Below, piece by piece: positions 24,799 to 31,073 of a stretch of 32,000 nucleotides of DNA. Positions within the stretch are counted from its first letter, which is position 1. Each line of letters opens with the position of its first letter. The DNA is taken from positions 5,070,001-5,102,000 of the forward strand of contig NZ_CP074694.1 of the NCBI RefSeq assembly GCF_018398935.1. Direction: 5' to 3'. Origin of the DNA: Telmatocola sphagniphila (GTDB lineage Bacteria > Planctomycetota > Planctomycetia > Gemmatales > Gemmataceae). The notes beneath the pieces are model-generated. The model made no database searches. It was given only the letters and a program-made list of their open reading frames with translations, and was not told the DNA's origin. Made by a program: the position numbers and the translations under genes.

Positions 24799-27096
24799 TT
24801 ACTTCAGCTGTTCTTTCTTCTTTTTTGCAGAGTCGGCTTTATGCTTCTGGAGGCTCCAGACATCGGCCTGATAAGCCCCGATCGCTTTGTCGAAGGCTTC
24901 CCGGGCTTCAGTCAGTTCTTTCAAGGCAACATGCACATCTCCCAGATGTTCCCATTCCTCTCCAGTGACATCCTCCGCTTTGCTGAGGTTCAATGCGCGC
25001 AGCAAATATTCTTTTGCCTCGAGATGCTTGCCCTGCTTGTGCAGCACCCAGCCCAGGCTGTCCAGATAGGCACTGGTCTCAGTGGGCAGCTTAGCGGCCT
25101 GCCGTTGCGGGATCAGTCGGGCATCTTCCTGGATGGCCTTGCGAATCAGGCGCTCGGACTCGTCGAGGGAACCCTTGAATTCCAACAAAAAATAGCCGAG
25201 GTTATTATTCACCAGCGGGTCGTTCGGATTCTGTTCGTACCAGAGCCGTAGCTGTTTCTCGGCTTCCTCAATTTTCCCGGCGTCCTGCAGAACCCGGCTA
25301 TAGGTCGCCCGGACGCGGTAGATCTCCTGAGCCGTCAGCGGTTTCTGAAGCAGCTCTTCCAATTCGCGGATCGCTTCCGCCGGGCGATTTGCCCGCGATA
25401 ACACATCGCAGCGCATACACTGAATGGCCAACCGCTGATCGGCCTGGGCCTGCGTCAGCATCTGCTCGATGGTTTTCAACGATTCGTCCCAAAGTCCCTC
25501 GTGATCCTGTGCCCGAGCCAGATTCCAGGTGAGATTGAACTCGACGAGTTGTGGCAGCTGGGTTTCCGTTTTGAGTTCTTCTTTGGCGAAAGCGATGACT
25601 TTTTTCCAATCCCGCGCGGAGCTATACAGAGTCATCAGGTCGGAAATAACCGTCGGGCGAAGATTTCGCTGATACGGCGGGACCGGCAATTCCAGCGATT
25701 TTTTGAGGAGGATTTCACTCGAATTCCGATCTTCCTGGAAGAGGGCCAGATAGCCGAACAGGTACCAAGTCCGGACATGATAGTTGGGATTGTCCTTCAT
25801 CTGCTTCACCAAAAAAGTGATCGTCTGGGTCGACAGCTCCCGGGAATGATTCAAACAGGAACAGAACAGCGGAATCAATCGCTGAGCGTTGGCCCGTTCC
25901 GGTGAGTAGCGATCTTCCGGCGGGGTGGATTGCATGACCAGCTGATTGAAGCGGTCGACGAGAGCCTGAAAGCGCCCCTGTTCCTGATACATTTCCAGCA
26001 GTTCCTGAATCGGCTCGTTGGTCGTGGTCTTTTCAATCAGGGCCTCCAGGATCTTTTCAGCCTCCGCTTCGCGCCCCGGGGTGCGGGCCAGTTCGTGCGC
26101 GTAGATGAGCTTCAGACCGGTCTGATGGCTCTGCCGGGCGATTTCCTTCTCGAGCATCGGCAGGATTTCGGCAGAGCGATTCAGTTTGCGCAGCAGCTCG
26201 ACTTTACGGCTGTACGGAGCCTTTTCGTTGGGTTGGTAGAGGATGTAGCTGTCGAGCAATTTCAGCGACTCGGCGAACTCGCCGCGCTGGTAAGCGATAT
26301 CGGAGAGATACCAGTTAAGACGGACGGCCGAGAAACGTTCTTTATCTTCCTTCAGTTCCAGATAGAGGTCCCGGGCTTTTTTGTAGGGCTCCACCGCTTC
26401 GGAAAATTGTTTCAGGGACTGATGCAGGGTGCCGAGCTTTTCGTAGGCCTCGGCCTGGGCGGCAATCATTCTTTGATCAGTGAATATCGCGTTATCTAAA
26501 AACTGATCCTTGTAGCGAGTAAAAATAGCTACTACTTCGCGCTCCGATGCGATGGCCCCGGCAATGTCCTTAGTGCGTTCGAGGTAACTGGTCAGCGCCG
26601 TCTGCATCAGGTATCTTCGCTCGGGCGCCCCTTTCAAATGCGGGCTGGCCAGACCCAGCCGCAGATCCTCGATGGCCCCCTTGAGATCGCCCTGAGCCTC
26701 GCGCAAGCGAGCCAGTTGAAAGCGCGATTGATAATCCTGCGGTTCTTGCTTCAGGACTTTTTCGCAGGAAATTTTGGCATCGTCGGCTCGGCCCAGACTG
26801 AGATAGATCGGGACCAGTTCTCTTTGAATACTGGCCGCTTCCGGATCGAGCAAGGCCGCGCTTTCGAGGGTGCTGACGGCCAGCAATAAGCGTTCTTCCC
26901 GGGCGTACATAGCGCCGAGGGCAAAAAGAGTCAGCGCCTCGGAGGAGCGAGCCATCGCCTTCGTAGGTGGAACAACCCATTTTTCAGGGCGTTCGTCGAT
27001 CTGAAACCCGGGGGCTAGGAATATTACAAATAAGCAAGTATGCATGGCAAATCCGTTCGCGAAGCTAGCCAATCTCCAGTTGGGACAAAGCAGCAT
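24799..27096 (-). CDS. Tetratricopeptide-repeat (TPR) protein, probably signal-anchored or exported
   Basis: Repeated 34-residue TPR-like units run through the protein, for example YLSLGRADDAKISCEKVLKQEPQDYQSRFQLARL and LGWVLHKQGKHLEAKEYLLRALNL. The N-terminus is hydrophobic (MLLCPNWRLASFANGFAMHTCLFVIFLAPG). The start is uncertain: TTG 27120, ATG 27096 or ATG 27045. Confidence 0.75.
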   Translation of the reverse strand: MLLCPNWRLASFANGFAMHTCLFVIFLAPGFQIDERPEKWVVPPTKAMARSSEALTLFALGAMYAREERLLLAVSTLESAALLDPEAASIQRELVPIYLSLGRADDAKISCEKVLKQEPQDYQSRFQLARLREAQGDLKGAIEDLRLGLASPHLKGAPERRYLMQTALTSYLERTKDIAGAIASEREVVAIFTRYKDQFLDNAIFTDQRMIAAQAEAYEKLGTLHQSLKQFSEAVEPYKKARDLYLELKEDKERFSAVRLNWYLSDIAYQRGEFAESLKLLDSYILYQPNEKAPYSRKVELLRKLNRSAEILPMLEKEIARQSHQTGLKLIYAHELARTPGREAEAEKILEALIEKTTTNEPIQELLEMYQEQGRFQALVDRFNQLVMQSTPPEDRYSPERANAQRLIPLFCSCLNHSRELSTQTITFLVKQMKDNPNYHVRTWYLFGYLALFQEDRNSSEILLKKSLELPVPPYQRNLRPTVISDLMTLYSSARDWKKVIAFAKEELKTETQLPQLVEFNLTWNLARAQDHEGLWDESLKTIEQMLTQAQADQRLAIQCMRCDVLSRANRPAEAIRELEELLQKPLTAQEIYRVRATYSRVLQDAGKIEEAEKQLRLWYEQNPNDPLVNNNLGYFLLEFKGSLDESERLIRKAIQEDARLIPQRQAAKLPTETSAYLDSLGWVLHKQGKHLEAKEYLLRALNLSKAEDVTGEEWEHLGDVHVALKELTEAREAFDKAIGAYQADVWSLQKHKADSAKKKKEQLK

Positions 27097-27308
27097 AACC
27101 GGAATTTCTTTTCCGGGCAATCGGACTCTGGGCGGATCAGCCCCCCCTGAGTTGCCGGATGCAACGGATAAAACTGATCTAATGTGTTGTAAATCTCAGG
27201 GAGTAGACTAAATTTCGTTCTGACCGAATGCGGAGAAACAAAATGGATATAACCTAGTAAAATATGAAGATGGCAGAGAACGGCTAAATCAGGAGGATGA
27301 CAGATACC

Positions 27309-27554
27309 ATGAATTCTGAAACGCAGAAGGTATACAATCAGGCCGTTTCGCTTATCGAACCGGACCAGCTGGAATTGATCGATTCGCTGCTTCAGCATCT
27401 GGAGCAAATCAAACCCGATTGTCTGGATTATTCCTGGGGACGCGTGATTCATTTTCGTTCCGCGCACTGGAAAGCGGGGAACCCCGCCACCATTCCTTAC
27501 TCGGATATAAAAAAGCTGCGCGACTCCCAGAAATCGGACGAGACAAAATCCTGA
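27309..27554 (+). CDS. Small protein resembling the 'putative addiction module component' antitoxin family (Unstab_antitox / TIGR02574-like)
   Basis: AGGAGG at 27291..27296. ATG 27297 abuts the AGGAGG, while ATG 27309 lies 12 nt downstream. AVSLIEPDQLELIDSLLQHLEQ and the distal AGNPATIPYSDIKKL resemble the family pattern (L-x-x-x-ER-x-EL-x-x-x-L-x-x-SL ... G-x-x-x-x-IPWEEV). This is a match from memory. Confidence 0.45.
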   Translation: MNSETQKVYNQAVSLIEPDQLELIDSLLQHLEQIKPDCLDYSWGRVIHFRSAHWKAGNPATIPYSDIKKLRDSQKSDETKS

Positions 27555-27709
27555 CGCGCCTCGGCCTCAAATAAAATTTAGCTACCAATTTTCCAATTTG
27601 CTCGCTCTGCTTGCTTCCAGCCGTTGCCCGCTCGTTTCTCATATAAAAGCCGTAGAAACAAATCTTGTCAGCGATTCGTATCGCCGGTCGAACACGGGTT
27701 TTCGAACAT

Positions 27710-29152
27710 ATGATGACCACCAATTCCCTGAATACCATCCACGGCACATACGAAAAATTGGATACCCACGCCAAAGCCTTGCGAATCAACATCGATAAGC
27801 GCCGTTACGGCACCTTTGCGGAAATCGGCGCCGGCCAGGAGGTGGTCCGCTGGTTCTTTCGCGTCGGCGGTGCCTCCGGCACCATTGCCAAAAGCATCTC
27901 CGCCTACGATATGTCGGTTTCCGACGCCATCTACGGCGGCTGCGATCGCTACGTTTCCCGGCAGCGACTCGAAGCCATGCTGGATCACGAATATCAGCTC
28001 AACCTCGACCGGCTGATGCCCGATCGCGGCGATTCCTCGGCCTTTTTTGCCTTCGCGGATACCGTGGCCGCTCGCAATTTTTCGGGCACCAACGAAAGCC
28101 ACGGCTGGATGGGGGTCCGCTTCCAGGTCTTCCCACGCGATGAGGCCAGTCAGATCACTCTGCACGTGCGCATGCTCGACAAGGAAAATCTGTTACAGCA
28201 GGAGGCGCTGGGAATCATCGGCGTCAATCTGCTCTATGGAGCCTTCTACTTCAATCAGGAGCCCGAACAGCTGCTCGAATCGCTGCAGGATGGCCTGGCA
28301 CCCGGGCGGATCGAAATCGACATGATCGAATTCGCCGGGATCGGCTTCCGGCAGGTCGACAATCGACTGGCGGCCTTGAAACTGGTCCAACTGGGCCTGA
28401 GCGATGCGGCCATGTTCGACGCCTCGGGTAAGGCGCTGCAGCCTTCCGAAGTGTTTCGCAAAAGACCGGTCCTGGTCGAACGGGGCAGCTTTCATCCGGT
28501 GACCAACGTAAACGTCGATATGATGCGGGCGGCTGAGGAGACCTTTGCCAGCGAGCTCCCCCCGGAGGACAAAGACAACATCGTGCGGGTCATGGAATTG
28601 ACCATGAAAAATCTGCTAACCGGGGAGAAGGTCGATCACCGCGACTTTCTGGCCCGGGCGGATCTGATGGCCGCCTGCGGAATGACCGTACTGATTTCCG
28701 ATTACTTCGAATACTATCGTCTGGCCGCCTATCTCAATCAGCACACCAAAAAACGCATCGGCATCGTCATGGGGGCGGCCAGCGTTCGGGAACTTTTCGA
28801 TCCCAAATATTACACGCATCTCGATGGGGGAATTCTGGAGTCGTTCGGCCGGTTGTTCAAACACGAATTGAAAGTCTACGTTTATCCGTTTCTGAATCCG
28901 GAGCTGCAGAAGCTGGAAACGGTGGATAATCTGGAAGTGAACCCGCTGCTCTCCAAACTCTACGGCCATCTGGCCGATCATGGCTATCTCGTCCAGCTGA
29001 AGAACTACCGGGACGACTGCCTGGGAATCTTCTCCCGCGATGTGCTCAACAAGATTCAAAAAAATATCCCGGGCTGGGAAGCTTCAGTGCCCGAGGAAGT
29101 GGCCAAACTCATTCATCAGAAGTGCTTTTTCGGCTATAAAGCGCATCGATAA
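27710..29152 (+). CDS. Conserved-looking protein of unknown function (about 480 aa)
   Basis: Long ORF with protein-like composition. The N-terminal segment INIDKRRYGTFAEIGAGQEVVRWFFRVGGASGTIAKSISAYDMSVSDAIYG looks like a conserved motif that I cannot assign to a family. I use ATG 27710; the track uses TTG 27665. Confidence 0.6.
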   Translation: MMTTNSLNTIHGTYEKLDTHAKALRINIDKRRYGTFAEIGAGQEVVRWFFRVGGASGTIAKSISAYDMSVSDAIYGGCDRYVSRQRLEAMLDHEYQLNLDRLMPDRGDSSAFFAFADTVAARNFSGTNESHGWMGVRFQVFPRDEASQITLHVRMLDKENLLQQEALGIIGVNLLYGAFYFNQEPEQLLESLQDGLAPGRIEIDMIEFAGIGFRQVDNRLAALKLVQLGLSDAAMFDASGKALQPSEVFRKRPVLVERGSFHPVTNVNVDMMRAAEETFASELPPEDKDNIVRVMELTMKNLLTGEKVDHRDFLARADLMAACGMTVLISDYFEYYRLAAYLNQHTKKRIGIVMGAASVRELFDPKYYTHLDGGILESFGRLFKHELKVYVYPFLNPELQKLETVDNLEVNPLLSKLYGHLADHGYLVQLKNYRDDCLGIFSRDVLNKIQKNIPGWEASVPEEVAKLIHQKCFFGYKAHR

Positions 29153-29184
29153 GTATCGAAGTGGGGATCTCGATCTGTAACAAA

Positions 29185-29210
29185 CTTGGAGAATAATTGA
29201 ACTCTCCAAG
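29185..29210 (-). terminator. Hairpin in the convergent gap; likely terminator of the minus-strand DUF1559/lipoprotein unit, possibly bidirectional
   Basis: 8-bp stem cttggaga (29185..29192) / tctccaag (29203..29210) with a 10-nt loop. On the minus strand it is followed by TTTGTTAC. Confidence 0.4.
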
Positions 29211-29238
29211 CAAATCTATTTCCGCGGGACGCGTGAAA

Positions 29239-29412
29239 TCAATCGGATCCCTTGGGTTTGGGAGCTTCTGCCGCTTTACCGTTCTTTCCGACTGGACCCG
29301 GAGGAGCCGTTGGGGGAGCCTTCGTCGCGGTAGGCTTGCTCGATTCGCCCCCACAGCCCGCCAGAAGACCAAAACAACCACACAGTACACACACGCTCAG
29401 TAACTTTCTCAC
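29239..29412 (-). CDS. 57-aa mini-lipoprotein (copy A), not in the supplied ORF track
   Basis: GTG 29412 to TGA 29241..29239 gives MRKLLSVCVLCGCFGLLAGCGGESSKPTATKAPPTAPPGPVGKNGKAAEAPKPKGSD, with lipobox LLAGC. The protein is identical to copy B. All 5 nucleotide differences between the copies are synonymous third-position changes. Confidence 0.75.
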   Translation of the reverse strand: MRKLLSVCVLCGCFGLLAGCGGESSKPTATKAPPTAPPGPVGKNGKAAEAPKPKGSD

Positions 29413-29434
29413 TGCTTCTGCCCTTCTACTTGAT

Positions 29435-29474
29435 GTTAAAACCGAAAATGGCGAAAAGTTCCCTTCTCGCCATT
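29435..29474 (-). promoter_or_regulatory. Conserved intercistronic hairpin plus T-tract (attenuator/terminator-like), copy A
   Basis: 8-bp stem aatggcga (29447..29454) / tcgccatt (29467..29474) with a 12-nt loop. On the minus strand it is followed by TTTCGGTTTTAAC. It lies between the DUF1559 stop (29500) and the lipoprotein start (29412). The hairpin is identical in copy B. Confidence 0.4.
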
Positions 29475-29499
29475 ACAGATTGCTTCGAATCAAAAATTA

Positions 29500-30471
29500 T
29501 TAGTTGCCGCCAATGAGATCGAAGTTGATGATACCACCATCGTTGATACCGCCACACTGCTGCAGAGCCGTCCAATCCGCCGCACCCGGAGTGGTTCCCA
29601 CACCCTTGCGGACGTGGCGAACCGAACCGTCGCAATAGGCGAACTGCACGATACCCGTGTGCTTGCTGCCGTAGGTGTACCACTGAGCCGTACTCGGGAT
29701 ACCCCAGTACAGAGGCAAAGAACCCGCACCCATCCACGTCAAAGAATAATCCCGAGGACCGACGTCGGTACCACCCAGGCATTCACCGAATGCAAACGTG
29801 TTCGACGTGCCGTCCGTGATCGACGTGATCTTCGTCTTCGAGTCGGCGTAGTAGACGCCCGCGTTCGGATAGGTCTGACCGAACTCGCCCGCGCAACCGA
29901 TGTAGTTGCAACGGCCAGCTCCGGGATACAGCGAAGGAGAACCGCCGGCGGCATTCCCACCGTTGGCGTTGTAGTAACCCGTCAAGGTACTGCCAGTGAT
30001 GGTCAAGCCGATGAACACGCCGTATTGCTGGTTGAATTGATCGCCATCGGAGGGGCACAGGAAGCTCTTCACTACCGTGCGACCAGCCGTGATGCCCGGG
30101 GCCGTGGCGCCCAGACCGATGGAGCCCCACCAGTTGCTGCTGTAAGAGTCCATGAACATATTCGCGGGAATCAGGTTGTACGCGTTACCCTGCTCGATGT
30201 ACGGCAGAATATAGGCCATCACACCCAACCACGAGGTGCTGGCATTCAAGCCGGGAGGGAAGTAACCGTAGGCGCTTTCGTAGTTGTGAGAGGCCAGAGC
30301 GATCTGCTTCAGGTTGTTCTGGCAGCTCATACGAGCCGCGGCTTCACGAACCTTCTGCACCGCCGGCAGCAACAGACCGATCAGGATCGCGATGATCGCG
30401 ATCACCACCAGCAACTCGATCAGCGTGAAACCGCGTCGAGCTTGCTTACGGGCGTTCAACAATTTCAACAT
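29500..30471 (-). CDS. DUF1559-family protein with a prepilin-type N-terminal leader (paralog 1)
   Basis: [66 protein letters not shown]..., with C-terminal ...FAYCDGSVRHV.... I use ATG 30471 (GGAG 8 nt upstream). The track start at 30519 adds 16 residues from a poly-pyrimidine tract. Confidence 0.9.
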   Translation of the reverse strand: MLKLLNARKQARRGFTLIELLVVIAIIAILIGLLLPAVQKVREAAARMSCQNNLKQIALASHNYESAYGYFPPGLNASTSWLGVMAYILPYIEQGNAYNLIPANMFMDSYSSNWWGSIGLGATAPGITAGRTVVKSFLCPSDGDQFNQQYGVFIGLTITGSTLTGYYNANGGNAAGGSPSLYPGAGRCNYIGCAGEFGQTYPNAGVYYADSKTKITSITDGTSNTFAFGECLGGTDVGPRDYSLTWMGAGSLPLYWGIPSTAQWYTYGSKHTGIVQFAYCDGSVRHVRKGVGTTPGAADWTALQQCGGINDGGIINFDLIGGN

Positions 30472-30816
30472 GCCGCACTCCAACAAAAGAAAAAAAGAAA
30501 AATGAAAGAAACAACTCACAACTACTGCTTGTGTGGAATCGAGATTTATCGCAACTCCTGAACAAACAAACAGTTCCTGACAGCCTCAAATGTGGCGATG
30601 AGATAATGTGCAGAACAGAGGAAAGTTTCTCTGCTTAATTGATAATGAAAATGCTATTAAATAACAATGATTTATAAATTAATAATTGATTTTTAATTCG
30701 ATTAAAATTTGTTTATCTGATGTGAAAATCAACAAATTAAAGAGTCAAATCTGGCTGAAGGCTCACTTCCACCAGATTATATAAATATTATTTAATTTAA
30801 AATAAGACTCATTTAA

Positions 30817-30990
30817 TCAATCAGATCCCTTGGGTTTGGGAGCTTCTGCCGCTTTACCATTCTTGCCGACTGGACCCGGAGGAGCTGTCGGGGGAGCCTT
30901 CGTCGCGGTAGGCTTGCTCGATTCGCCCCCACAGCCCGCCAGAAGACCAAAACAACCACACAGTACACACACGCTCAGTAACTTTCTCAC
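30817..30990 (-). CDS. 57-aa mini-lipoprotein (copy B)
   Basis: Same protein as copy A when started at GTG 30990. The track calls 30817..31050 (77 aa) from an ATG that exists only in this copy. A 1-nt indel puts that ATG out of frame in copy A. Confidence 0.75.
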   Translation of the reverse strand: MRKLLSVCVLCGCFGLLAGCGGESSKPTATKAPPTAPPGPVGKNGKAAEAPKPKGSD

Positions 30991-31011
30991 TGCTTCTGCC
31001 CTTCTACTTGA

Positions 31012-31051
31012 TGTTAAAACGAAAATGGCGAAAAGTTCCCTTCTCGCCATT
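31012..31051 (-). promoter_or_regulatory. Conserved intercistronic hairpin plus T-tract, copy B
   Basis: aatggcga (31024..31031) / tcgccatt (31044..31051) with the same 12-nt loop as copy A. On the minus strand it is followed by TTTCGTTTTAAC. Confidence 0.4.
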
Positions 31052-31073
31052 CAATTTTCAAATCTCGAGTTTA

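Larger units (their letters stand above)
29239..29474. repeat. Near-identical duplicated block, copy A (lipoprotein gene plus upstream hairpin)
   Basis: Hand alignment to 30817..31051 gives 5 substitutions and one 1-nt indel over about 235 nt. Flanking sequence on both sides is not conserved. Confidence 0.85.
30817..31051. repeat. Near-identical duplicated block, copy B
   Basis: See copy A. A second conserved block covers the DUF1559 5' ends: 30266..30381 matches 31885..32000 with 2 mismatches in 116 nt. Confidence 0.85.

Noticed and set aside
27024-27792. Minus-strand ORFs 27024..27467 and 27409..27792
   Set aside because: They overlap the TPR gene start region and the antitoxin-like gene. 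They have no motifs or ribosome-binding sites. They are probably chance ORFs in an AT-richer intergenic zone.
27598-27798. 66-aa plus-strand ORF as a possible toxin partner of the antitoxin-like gene
   Set aside because: It has a TTG start, no RelE/ParE-like features, overlaps the start region of the next gene, and has a composition unlike a folded toxin.
29426-29782. Idea that lipoprotein copy A is a frameshifted pseudogene, because the ATG-initiated 77-aa frame of copy B is broken by a 1-nt insertion
   Set aside because: Both copies encode the same 57-aa lipoprotein from a shared GTG downstream of the indel, and they differ only synonymously. The ATG extension is more likely an artefact of copy B.
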